Shown here: piece after piece, positions 37,845 through 57,171 of the stretch | How positions within the stretch are numbered: the stretch's first letter is position 1 | Layout of the letters: every line of letters begins with the position of its first letter | From: Ramazzottius varieornatus | Taxonomy: Eukaryota > Animalia > Tardigrada | DNA length: 64,000 nt | Assembly (NCBI GenBank): GCA_001949185.1 | Contig: BDGG01000010.1 | Location: forward strand, 687,233-751,232 | Direction of reading: 5' to 3' | Made by a program: the position numbers and the translations under genes | Notes under the pieces: generated by a model | The model's input: only the letters and a program-made list of their open reading frames with translations | The model's database searches: none | Told to the model about the DNA's origin: nothing

Positions 37845-40800
37845 ATGGGCGACGGGTTCGAGAGCTTCGAGATCACAGATGATGACTATCAACAGGCGTT
37901 TGATCCCACATCGCGCAAGCGTCGCAAGTTCACCAAGGAAGATGCCGTTTATGGTACTGTAGCCTTTCCTAAGTGGCATTAATTTGCGTGATGTGTCATA
38001 GGGAGTTTTTGTTTCAGGTGTTTGGGCAGAGAATGACAGCGACGAAGAGGACAGTCGACGTGGCTTTGGTGGCGGTGGAGGGAAAAAACAGGCAGACTAC
38101 TCGGCACCCATGAACTTTGTCAGTGGTGGACTGAAAGATGGTGACAAAGGTAAGAAACGTGAACATACTGAGCCAGGTGACGACGATGTGACTATCATAA
38201 GTTCCACAAAGACCAAGGTGGGTATTTTTCTGGTTGATGTTCGGAACAGCTCTGAATACTCACCGTGAAATAACCGTTTTTCGTATTTCTTCAGTCAACT
38301 AAGCCCGCAGTAAAGAAGACGCATGCTTTCGCCGGAGTTCACGCAGAGAAAGACAAGGATTTTGGAAAATTCGAGGCCCATACGAAAGGCATTGGTATGA
38401 AACTTTTGGAGAAATTCGGGTATGACTTTCACTTCATCCATTTTCACGTTAAAAGTTAAAACCGATCTTTGATTTATTGATATATATTTTTCAAATTTGG
38501 ATGAAATTCTGTTTCAGTTTTGTTTTACCTTCTTTGAAGTGTATCGCGTTTTTGTAGGTTTAAGCCTGGTCAAGGTTTGGGAAAAGAAGGCACGGGTATT
38601 GCCAAGCCGATTGAGGCAGTAGTGCGCAAAGGAAAGGGGGCGATTGGAGCGTATGGGTCAGAACGACCAGCAGGTGAAAGGGTCTACGAGGAGGAAGAAA
38701 ACGAAGAAGGCGGCAAACGAGTGAGCATCAAGCACAAGAAACAATGGAGGAAGAAGGACGGAGCAGCCGCGCCAAGCTACCAGTTCAAAACCGTCGAAGA
38801 AGTTCTCGAAGGGAAGAATGAGAAGGTCGCTGGTGGGTGGGACACTTCAGAACTGAGTAAAGTCAAAGTCATCGATATGACCGGAAAAGAGACCCGCGTT
38901 CTATCAGGTACGAGAGTTCAACCAGCCGCGGAACTTTTGAGTTCTATTTCCTGTACCTTGTCGTTCTTCTGTTAGGCTATCATGCGATGCACACAACTCG
39001 CATCGAACATGACGACGACGGAGAGACGCCACGGGTCTTCGATGTGGCTGAGCTTCGTCACAATCTAGACTTGCTCATCGATATGAGCGAGTCCCGCATT
39101 GTGGAGAGTAACAAGAAACTGGAGTACGAGAAGAACTTGGCCGTTACGCTGAAGGAAGAAAAGAAGGTTCTGACGACTGACGTTCAGAAAGACAACGAGC
39201 AAGTCGACCGACTGAACTATCTTATGGAAAAAATTGACGAGTAAGTTGTTGTAAAATTCCTTTCTTACAAAATTTCACCTGATGATCGTGGATGTTTCTC
39301 AGGCTGGTGCTGCATCAAGAAACCATCACGCTCGGTGCTTCCTTACGGACTTTCGAGGAGCTTTTTGAAGAGTACCTGACAGAGTATCGCTTCTACGAGC
39401 TGGACCAACTCGCAGCCGGCATCGTCGGTCCGATTGTGAGTGAAGAAATGTTCGTTGCTGAGTTGAAAGCTTCAGGGAAACTAATCGGATTCCTGTTTTG
39501 TAGTTGGGACGGTATCTGAGCACATGGGACCCTCTCAGGGATCCGGAATTCGGCCACACAGAAATCTCACAATGGCGTCCACTACTCGAGCCTCCTCAGC
39601 GGTCCTTCGAGGCCACCAGGAACGCTTCCAACTCTTTCCACACTCTTTTGTGGGAAGTGTGGATGCCGTTTGTCCGAAGTGCTGCCATGTAAGTTGAAAC
39701 GTTACAGCTAATCGATCTGGGCAAAACTCGACAAGATTGTTTTTTCCAACTGGCGCACGCTTTCAGCCAATAACATGGAAATCGTGCGCCACTCACTTCG
39801 CACAGCTATCTTGTCGAGTCTGCTTGCGGGGGCCTGAGATGCATGGTTGGATTTTGTAAAGAGGATTTGCATGCTTTGTGTAGGAGATGGCAACCGAAAA
39901 TGTACGTGGAAACTCGACAGAAAGATCCCATGGAGAAACTCATCTCCGTATGGGAGGACCTTCTGCCACAATGGATGGTCGACAACATCCTGGAGCAACT
40001 TATTCTGCCTCGTCTCGTCGCGCAAACTGAAGAATGGGACCCGACTGTCGACGTCGTTCCCATCCATCAATGGATTCACCCATGGCTTCCCTTCCTCAAA
40101 GATCGCCTGGACATCCTCTACGGCACCATCAGATCGAAACTAGCCTCCGCTTTAACTCTATGGTAAGTCCGAACTGAATAATTTAGCCCAAGTTTGCAAT
40201 TCGTTAAAATTAATATACTCAACGAGATCGTTCGTCCAAGTGGCGCACGCTTCCAGCCAGTAACACTAGAAACCTGGCCACTTGGAAAGCAATCTTGTCA
40301 AGCTGTTTTTGTATAAGTCTCATAACTTTCTTTACAGGCATCCAAGTGATCAGTCCGCCAGGCTAATGATCAACCCCTGGATCGGTGTCTTCTCTCCAGC
40401 CACTCTGGAACAGTTCCTGATCAGAAGTATCCTTCCGAAGCTTCAAGAAGGCATTGAGAACATGGACATCAACCCGAGACGGCAGCAGCTCGACCCGTGG
40501 CACTGGACCATGTCGTGGGTCGACATCATGCCGCTGAGCTCCATGGCCGCCCTACTCGAGCGAAGCTTCTTCCCGAGATGGCTGAGGGTGCTCGACGCCT
40601 GGCTGAAAGCTGACCCTAACATGGAAGAAATACCAGAGTGGTACACGGGTAAGAAACTTTGACGAATAGCCGTTGAGGTTTGTTATGATCGAACCGGAAG
40701 TGAAGTTGTATTGTGCCTGCAGGTTGGAAGAACTTGGTACCGGAAGCTCTGAGGAGCCACCCATCTGTACAAGAGCAGCTGAGCGCTGCCTTGTACGCCA

Positions 40801-41174
40801 TGAGTAGCGCAGCTGGTGAGGAAGATGAACTACCACCGAGACCGCCACCAGGACCACCACCAACAGTTGTTCCTGGTCCGATGCCGCCACTCAACCAACG
40901 CTTCGCCCCTCCTCCTCCGCCACCTGGCCTGTCGTCTGTCAGTATGGGTTACACGAGCTCGGCACCGACGTTCAAGGACGTGATAGAAAGAAGAGCGAAC
41001 GATCTGGGTATACTCTTCGTTCCTGTTCAAGGAAGGAACTTCCAGGGAAAGCAGGTCTTTAGATTTGGTACGAACTATATCTCTTTTGAGCGGAATGTCA
41101 TTTTTGTGCAGCAAAGCTTTGATAGCTGGCAACCTATTGGTCTGGAAGAGCTCCTGCGTATTGCAGCTCGCTAA
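37845..41174 (+). CDS. TFIP11: Tuftelin-interacting protein 11 (G-patch + GCFC; spliceosome disassembly factor)
   Basis: FEITDDD..TKEDAVYGVWA..DYSAPMNFVSGG; G-patch TKGIGMKLLEKFGFKPGQGLGK; KVKVIDMTGKE; ELRHNLDLL; WDPTVDVVPIHQWIHPWLP; HPSDQSA; FFPRWL; EWYTGWK. Confidence 0.95.
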
Positions 41175-41623
41175 ACTTCAGAGCCACTTCCCCTTTGAAC
41201 CGATCTTACTGGTTTAGGTTTCTGATTTTCCTGAACAAATTTCCTAACCTAAACAAATTATCCAGAAATTGGAAGCAAGAAGAATGGTCGGGTGTGTTGT
41301 GCCCGCTTACATCAGTGATCTAGTGGAAGATGTTCTTTCAGTTTGAAGGAACCAGTGGGCGTTCTTTGGGGTCCCCGCCCCACTCCACGGGAAGTTCGCG
41401 CCGTTGTACGAGTACGTGCAACAGTGGTCACTTGTCACTAACTTGTGACTTGGCTCTTTGTTCGAACCACCTCCGATTTTACAGTACGCAGTCAGATCAG
41501 ACAAGGGGAAAGTAGTAGTAATTTATCAATCACTTTCGCTAGTCTGACTGTCGCTTTATACCAGATTTGTATAGCGTTTTTGTGGCAAGTCTTTGAGCTA
41601 AAATTAACCGACGCAGATTCAAG

Positions 41624-42364
41624 ATGGCAGTGCTCTTGGTTACCCTTATGCAAGACGGTGATCCAGCTTTCCGCTTCTGCATGTACATCTGCTTTGCCCC
41701 TGCAGGCGCTGGCATCGGCTTCGGCTTGAGAAGCTTGACCGTCGCGCTCTCCCACGCTTCCTCAGCGTCAGGTAAGGCCAAGATAGTCTAAGTGACGTCA
41801 GCTCTTGTATTTCTTTGGCGAGATGGAAGACCAAATTCCTTTGTAAAATTTCAGGTCCGAAAATGGCCCGACAGCGTCCCGAGCCCATCCCGAATTTCGA
41901 CAACGCCAGCTGGTCCCAGATTTACGCGCTGCTGTCAGCAGCCAAGAAGACAGTCGATGTTTCCATCCTGCATTTGACCGACCGCCGAATGGTCCAAATT
42001 TTACAGTACTTCAACTTCGTCAGCGCGGAGTGGAAATTCGAGTCGCGTTAAGCGAAAGGCAGACTCTTCGAGACCCTACCGTTTTCCGGATCATCAACTC
42101 TTTTTGGAAGGCAAAGATTCCTCTCCGTCCTTACACCGTCATCTTCGAAGCTCCTTCGCACGGGAGCTTTCGACCATGACTACCTGATTATCGATGAAGA
42201 AGTGGTCGTCGCTGGGAAGCTCGCGTGTTGGACACGCGCTGTTCGACGATCAGGAAGAGACTGTCATCATCAGAGAACCCAAGAATGTTCGTGGTTATCG
42301 AAAGTGCTTCCAAAGAACGTGGGACAAGAATCCTCAAAGCCTCTTCGATCTGTTCGACGCTTGA
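41624..42364 (+). pseudogene. PLD6/Zucchini (mitoPLD)-like single-domain PLD gene with three frameshifts and an altered HKD motif
   Basis: Exon 41624-41771 (hydrophobic) splices in frame to 41855. Stitched frames read LLSAAKKTVDVSILHLT..VLQLRQRGVEIRV..WKAKIPLR..HDYLIIDEEVVVAGS..EETVIIREPKNVRGYRKCFQRTWDK, collinear with PLD6. Shifts near 42003, 42171 and 42215. Confidence 0.7.
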
Positions 42365-45300
42365 CTTCCTTGATACTTGTGCTGTCGAGACTGTCTGGTT
42401 TTACGATTTTCTTGGCAGGCGGTTATCCATTTTAGAAATTCTCCTTGGTGTACCTACGTTTCCTAAACTTCTGTTGGACATTCTGTTGGCTATAGAAGTA
42501 AACCGATCCATTGGCGTTTTTCGGAAATTTTACGGCTTTTGTTGTCCTTTCTGTCGTCAGTCCTGTTGTCAAACTGATGGCGAAGTAAAGTCTGAATGTG
42601 AAGTTCGAGATTCGATCATTCCTGATGTCACACCGCAAGCTCTCAACTTGCTATTGAAAATACGAGTAAGGGCAATACTAGATGGACATTGACCGAGGAG
42701 CCCGGAAGTTGGGGTACCTTGGCTGTGGCTGTTCGAATCTGCGCGACCGCAGCCGAACGGAAAAACAACTGGAAAACAAATTCGAAACTCTTTGGTGAAA
42801 ACCGAATTGTCGCTCTCTCAAAACGCCAAAACCCCGCTTAATCTGCACTGATCAATTTGCAAAGAACTAGACGGCTGTTCGTTCACATCCCCATGGTTGC
42901 TGGCCACGTGGAAGGAGTACTGTACCGCAAGTGCAAGTGGAGTACACGTGTACCGGCTGTTTGAAGTAAGTTCCGGCTGTTTAATCCTGAATGACTCTTC
43001 CACCACAACACACAAAAAAGTTACTCGACATCATCCTGTGTTTTATTCCCTGACGGAGGATTTACCCGAAGCGGGCTCTCCATATCCCCAGGTTTCAACC
43101 ATTAATCCCAAGGGGAATCGATGCGTAAGTAATACCGTGAACCCTGCTGTTTCAGGGACTCTGATAAGTTGATGGATTACAGGCTGCCTTTCATTCTCTT
43201 CCCTCTTGTACGTGTAACCTCCACGTAATAACATACGCCAGCGTCCTTTTCCTCTCATTGCAGTGCCGCTCATTTGCTCCAGAGCTCGAGTACGTGTATG
43301 CTGTGGAGTGAATGTGGGTGCCTGCGGAATTAACAGCTGGGTTTTGTATGTGTACTGTATACCCGTCGCGTACACAGGAACCTTCGCAAGTCCCGTCACT
43401 TACGAGTCCTCAGACTGGCCTAATCCCGTCTCTCCATTTCCCTGTGTCTTTATTCGTGTTCCTCCTGACTGCTGGTGATTTAGCCGTAAAACAACCTGTT
43501 TCGCCACGGTATCCGGCGTCTCATATCGATCTTTCCTCGCGTGTGTTTGCACAGAGAGAGATTACTTCGTCAAACACGGAATGGCCTCTCCATATATCGG
43601 ACCTTCCTTTGCTGTCTGGATAAATTTCTACGGGGGGTAAGTGATAATTTTTGGTTTGAATATGCCCGTTTTCTTCTCGATTGCTGATCGAGTTTGTGTT
43701 GTTATGGTGGGAAGTACCCAAGTTTCGGGCAAGCAGGAAGTAATCGATGGTGAGAACGAAGTCGGTCACGAAGGTCATCATCTTGTGAAACAGAGGCGTT
43801 TTGGGTGCGGGCCGGCGACGAAGTTTTTTATCTTTTAATTTTGGTGCAAGCTGGTGTAAAAAAGGGGACAGCAGCTGGTTTGGATTATCAAGAGTGCAAT
43901 TGACAGTTTATTGCCGGTTGTTGGATGGCGATATCGTGCATAGAATTTCCCGTACACATGCGAAACGTAGAACGATGGACGTTTACAGGCTGCCTGCTTG
44001 TAGCTTATTCAGCTTCCTTCTTCAACAACACAAAGCTTGGATTATTTCGACTTTGCCTTCAATAGACCACAGCTGATGAAAAAACCCTCCCCATAGGTAC
44101 ACTATGATTCCGAGTTATTGTCCAAATGCATGAGTGAAAGACCTCAAATTGTTTTTGAAGCAGAGACGGTGGTTCCTCACCACCAGTTGCATTACATCAT
44201 GGGCTGAGCGCGTTTTACACTATGGCAGCGATAACAACAGCTTTTCAAATATTGTAGTGGCTGCAAGACTAAGGGACAATCAGCAATTATCGATCGACCT
44301 CTTGGCCCTCATCAGGCCAGATGTCAGGCGTTAGGGGACTTCGTCTAGGTCTCGCTTCTATGTCATGAGCTAGAGTCATAATGCGCATCGAGAGACAAAC
44401 GCTGGATGATCGAGATAGACTCTCCTGTCATAATAAGTGTCAATAGTTTTCCATGATCAATATGCACAATACTTCTGTCACCACCCGATGATCAAGCGCA
44501 TCTTGTTGACTTGCAAGCACCCTCTATGATTCCATATCCGTCGATAGGATGACGACCAACACCGTAAGAAATATTCTTCGTTATTGTCTCTAGAACTGTC
44601 CCCTTTCATCTTCCGGAGGCACGGATTAGTTGAGAGATTCGGTTAAGTTCCAAACGGGTTCCGCCCACGTTTTAGCCTGCAATAATCAATCTTGGAAAGA
44701 GCGGAGTTGGAATAGTTCTTCCCAGCAAGACATTGGCATCTGAACTCACTTCAGGGTTGGCCTGTCATAAGCCAAGAAAATCCGGGGCCGGGTTCTTGGT
44801 TTAGTTTTCCCGGTTTTGCTACGTACCATAGATTTCACAGACTGCAACCAGAAGCCGTGCGCGAATCAACTTAACAACGTGATATTATTCCTACCCCAAA
44901 TATCGAGCGTAAGTAGATTTTATTGGAGGTGACAGGTTTCCCGAACTGGGGCTTCCGCTCACGAGTCGGCCTTCGTTCCAGTTGTCTGAGATGGTGTGTT
45001 GTCAAAAGACAACGGTTCGCCGCACCTTCTCACTCTTTGGTAGCTTAGCTTTTGGCTAACTCGTCTTAATTGTACGGTTCGACGTTCCAGCACGCTGCTA
45101 CGACAGCAGTATCCGGTCACGCCACGGCTTTCAGGGCTGCAGGCTTTGCGCTTTGTCACGGTCTCATCCGAAACGCGAGCTTCCTACTCAGGAAGCGATT
45201 TAAGTAACCTTTTGTCCTCTTTCTTTATCCTGGAATTTACGTGCATACGGCGGATGAAGGCCAGATCACACTCGTAGCCAGTATCACTTTGGATCTCACA

Positions 45301-46561
45301 CCAGGATGATCTCACTTCTCACTACGAACCACCCGGGACGAACATTTTCACCACTGTATCTCTCAATCATGTGCGCACGTGTACTGTAGCTTCATTCATG
45401 CGAAAACAAATAACCGACCTGAAGTTCATAGTCTTATTTACAGTACACGTGCGCTTCAACATGTACTGCCCGATATGGCGCAAGTTTCAATTCTGTTGTT
45501 GGTTTCTAACATGACTAATGCACACTTCCTTTTTCTGCTTTTCTACAACATGACATATTCCGCAACTGTCACAATTTCAAACCAATATATTGGTTTGAAA
45601 TTGTGCCAGTTGCGGAACATGTATGCGTTAACTGCGCTTATCGGCAGTGTAATACAGCGGACTTCCGCTCAGGGCATGATAACTTTCGAAACTTGATTGG
45701 ATCTTCGACCCGATCAATCGGAGTATTAGAAATTCGCTTATTGTTGGGGCTGCATGCACATGTTCCGCTGAGGGTCGTCGGCGGCTGCTTCTTGCCTTGC
45801 GTATGTAGCAGATCTGAATCGTTGGAAAGACAGCTGCTGCATCCGGAAGTGCCAAATCATCTTTGGATTCTGAGGAAGTTTCAGACAGCTCATTAAGAAG
45901 GCTGTTGCGACAGAGCGAAGTGTCCTTTGATATGTAAAGGAGCGCGTGCCCGGATTAAGCTTACCGTATGGGATGAATGGCTATAGGACGACCATCAGAA
46001 GCCAGCGCTCCCCACATTAGTATCTGCTAGGGTCCAGGGACGGCCATGTCGAACAGAAGTTGCCATCCGACCTCCATAATGACTGTAGCTTGCGTCCCAT
46101 GAGATTGAGCGGATAAAGCTAATGAATCGTAACGAAGCCACCTTCCCTCGACCCGAGATGCGATAAAGAGTGTTTGAGCTGTTAACGCACCGCGCTCATT
46201 GGAAACGAACCAGGAAATGAATGTTAGGCTCCAACATGTACATGTGCTAACATGCGTTATATGCGCGTTAGTGCCAATCGTTGCCAGCCTTCCTGTTAGC
46301 TTATCAAACGGGCTAAGATTCCCTTGTTTAGTACCGGTTGACTGAAACTTTCCGGACCAGGATAACTTTTGGCGGTCTTTTTGTTGCGTGTGTATATGTA
46401 GGAGTACGAAAATTGCGGAAGCCGTCATGCCTGTAACGCCCGAATTTTCTGCGACTGTTTGCCCTTGAGTTTGGACTTTCGCTCTAAAACTCTCTTTATC
46501 TTCCAGATGCGAAATCAACATGAGAACTCGTTGGTGATTGTGGGCTGCTGATTGTGCGACC

Positions 46562-50797
<4,236 letters not shown>

Positions 50798-51696
50798 CCG
50801 CTCGACCTCGTCGAGCTGAACACTGATTTACATAGAGAATACTGCACACTAGTGTACCTTCTTGATTAGACGAATTCGTGTAAAGTTTTATTGAGCTAAT
50901 GTGGTACTTGAGAAACCGAAACCATGATTCAGCATATTAAAACAGGGTAAATTAAACAGCTTCCTGCTTTCAAGAGTTTGTAAAATTTGTTGCAGTTGTA
51001 CAACAGGGTATATGGGTGCGACAGAAACTGTTCCCGGCGAAGGTAAACCTTATCTACTTTAATTCCAGAAGCACAAAGTTGTGCCATAAAAACTTCGATC
51101 CATCCGTTGATGTAAATCAGCTACGGAGGTGCACGTACGATGTTGCAGATGCAGGTGTTCACCCAACTCTTTTGCGATCGCGTTGCGGGTCTGCAATTCA
51201 CTTTTCGTTATGGTTTCGACCATCCAACCAGCGGGGCTTAGGGTGTTCAGGGTTAGAAGAGGAATGGGCAAAGTCCTGGGAGAGCACGAACCATATGCAA
51301 GGTATCGCAGACAGTGCGTCAGCTCCATCTCGAAAGAGCAGCGCAGAAACTCCAGATTTCCCGCATGCGCAGAAGAGCAAACCCCTGACAAATCGGGGCT
51401 GCCCCAGTAAGACCAAACATCATTCGCAGCACATCTTAAGTCCATCTTGTACGTCGTAATGCAGGTTGTGTATCCCGTACATCCCAGTAAGGAGTAACTG
51501 GATGTGTAGAGCTTGTCGATTCCTCACGCTGCGGGATAGTTAAACGAACCAACATCTCCCAGATACGGGTACTCTAAAATCATTCTTTGAATGGTGCTCA
51601 GGCTGCAAGGCCCCAAAATGGAGCACCGACAACGTAGTAAAGGGATTAGGGACTACGTTGGTCGCGACAAGCTACTTAGCCTACTTTGGAGCTTTA

Positions 51697-52217
51697 GCTC
51701 CGTCTGTCATAATTGGAACTAAATATTTCGATTGGGATTTCATCCATTCGAAACAGCCGGAAAACCCAAAAAACGAAGACCTGGTTCTAGCAGATCAGGA
51801 GTGGTGGTGTAGAGTGGGTTCGGCCAAACACTGGTCAGTGGCCAACGCCTATTTCAGCCGTGGCCAAAATGACGAATGGCCGTTGACCCTTGTCCATTTG
51901 GCCGTGACCAAAAGTGTTCTAGTCAACATACAAGTCGTGCATTGATCGGCTGATTGACGCTGCCAAAACGGCCGAAACAGCCAGAACTCGCCCAAAGCAG
52001 GATTTTGTTCGCGGCCAATCGTCCTTTTGGCCGCGGCCAAACGAATTGGTAAAGGCTAAAATAGCCGTTGGCCACTGACCAGCGTTTGGCCTAATCCACT
52101 CTACACCACCGCCCCTGATCTGCTCGAACCAGGTCTTCGTTTTTTTTGGTTTTCCGGCTGTTTCGGGTGCATGAAATCCCAATCGAAATATTTAGTTCCA
52201 ATTAGGACGGACGCAGC
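51697..52217. mobile_element. Approx. 520-bp non-autonomous foldback/MITE with approx. 165-bp imperfect TIRs flanked by TA
   Basis: 51697-51860 is reverse-complementary to approx. 52053-52217 (for example aattggaactaaatatttcgattgggatttcat). The interior is TGGCC/GGCCA-rich. Confidence 0.8.
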
Positions 52218-53245
52218 TATAGTCGCCCATGATTGGGATGTTGCTCTGTATCGATGAGCGCATTTCTTCGTCTCATTTTTTCGTCTGATTTGAGCAGTAT
52301 TTTGGAGTTCAATAACATTAGTGGAGAGGGAAAGCTTCCATGAGTACTCGACCTGTCCGAAAATGCTAAGCCAGCTGGTGTATACTTGCCTCGGCATGTC
52401 AAGGACAATGCCACATCCGGCTGTTCCACCTCTCTCAGCTGCGCTTCTTGAGGTTTCCTTTTCGATCGGAAAGGGAGTTAGCCACGATGAAGACTTTGAC
52501 AACTGGTTTGAAGTAGCAAAATGATATTTAAGAACGATCTGACTCTAGAGATCTAGAAATGTTTCGCGACGCGAAAACCGGAATTTCGATACGAAGGGCG
52601 AGAGGTCTAAAAATTAATCAGAGCCTCCAAAACAAGAGGTGGGAGCGCAATCCGGTTAGCCAAACCGACCAGTCATAGCCGAGCCCACGTCGGAGCCCCG
52701 CCCTGGCCCTTCCCAGTTTTCCCATTAACAGTCTGCAGGCGAACTTTAGTCAGCGTTAATTTTGTTCAAGTGAAAGAACTTCTACTTCAGACAGCAGCCA
52801 TCGTCCTTCTCTTCCGAGTAACACATCCCCTAGCGTTGATCCTTTCACTCCGGTTAACCGACTGCGAGCTTCTCATCTTCATCATCGTCCGCAAAAGAAC
52901 TCGACAGCCGCACCATCTTGGTACCGTAAGTTTCCCCAGCGAATGTTGCGCTACCCGACTTTGTTGTACTTCTGAATTACTTTAATCCCCTGTATTCCGT
53001 TCTTGCAGTACTGTTGTCACCGTCAAAGTCTTTTCTCCCGTTTTTACGTACCGTGGGGTGCTGTAGGAGATTGTTGCAAATTGCTCGCCGACAAGTCAAG
53101 TCTCAAGTCTCTTTCAAGCCTGGAAAAGCGCATCGCTAGCTCGCTTGCCCGCTTGCCTGCCTTCTAATCAAGTGTCAATCAAGCGAAGGCTTGGCCCGAA
53201 ATGTGTTCCTTCACTCTTTGCAGATTGTTCTGCTTGGACGCAGAG

Positions 53246-55672
<2,427 letters not shown>

Positions 55673-57171
55673 CTTCCTCCTCACGGTCTATAATCTATAT
55701 GGAGCTCCACCGTCTGTTTTGATTATACGTTTACGTTGTTGTAAATAACGCTTTGCTCGTCTGTTTTGCTTCAACTATTGTTGGGTATTTTCAGAGGTAT
55801 CACATCCGATTTTTATTACCTGTTGCGCCAAATACGATTAACGAGATAGCAGCTTCTGTTATTCCTATGGTTTTACTTTCATGAGATGCCAACCTATGCT
55901 TAGCTTCATTTTAATTCTTATGTTATTTCTGGAATCGCTGGTAATCAACATTGTTATGCTGTATCATTATGGCCTTCATCCTGATCCGCATCCACTCTAC
56001 AGATGCGTGTTGAGACTGCGGAGCGTCTGTGGGAACGTTGGTCTAGGAGTGGATGCTCCACCTTTCTTTCAGGCGCTGATCCAAGGAATAGAAAGGGAGT
56101 ACCCAGGCTGGAATTTAGCTCTGGAAAGTTTGGTGGAGCAAGCATCGGTCCTCTGTGAAGGTTGACTTGTTGGCCACTATCCGCGCATACTTCGAGAGTG
56201 ACACTTGAGTACTCAATAGGACTTCAGCAGGTCCTTACTGAAGTCCTATTGGTCCAGACGTTCGGAGTGTGGTTTTCTAGCGTCAGAAACTTTGGGCAAT
56301 TTCGTACCGACACGGAAGTCAACAGGAGTCTGCCGCTCAGTAACCGAGACTATTTGACTGTACGAGCTATTCTGGGTGATCAGAATGTAGAGATGCCGTC
56401 AGCTCTGGAGAGCATGTTCTTGAGCAATTCCTGTAGTATGCAGAGGTACGAGCGATACTCGGATGAGTACGGAAAAGCTCTTCCTTATGTCCCTGACGAG
56501 GATGGCTTGAGAGAGTCCAAGCGGAAAGCAAAAACTGAAGTTGACCGAGCAACAATGGTCCATTATGTCCTTACAAGAGTCCAGCTAGTACCGAAGACTA
56601 GCACGGCCATTGGGACCCGTACCTCGCACACCCGAAAGGGCACATGAAATTTAAACGGTCAAATTTTCGTGAATTTGGTCGCAGCTCGTTTATTTTTTTT
56701 TAACTATGGTTCATGCAATCGACTCGAAACGGATTCATTGCCTTGCTGCTCTCTCCCCATAAGTGGATGATGTTTGTATCCAGATGTGATGATGTGCTAA
56801 ATCCAGTTGTCGAAAGACACAATGCCACTCCATTCATAACCATGAATAGCTTATCGACGTTTGAGTCTTGACTGATAAGTGATTTTTTTTTCGAGTACAA
56901 ATAAAACAAGTGGAGACTGAACAGAAGTGTGAAGTGCTAACCTTTTTAGCATAACCTGTTCAGGAAAACCTCCGCCGCAAACAAACCTCCGCCACAGGTT
57001 ATCTTTCTTTGACATGCGCGGACTGATATGCCTCGCAGTCATATGCTTTGCATGCTCTAACTGATAGCAACCAACTGTCTTTGCCAGCAATACATTTTCC
57101 CACCATTCGATGAGGTTGCAATCGAATTCAGTCTAACGGTATCATTTGTTGATCTGCGAACTTCTTCTAAC

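Noticed and set aside
42700-46500. Several 60-190 aa ORFs upstream of Rabphilin
   Set aside because: No motifs or coherent exon chain; most likely 5' UTR introns and regulatory DNA.
51059-51445. 128-aa minus-strand ORF
   Set aside because: No family recognised; cannot be distinguished from a chance ORF or decayed remnant.
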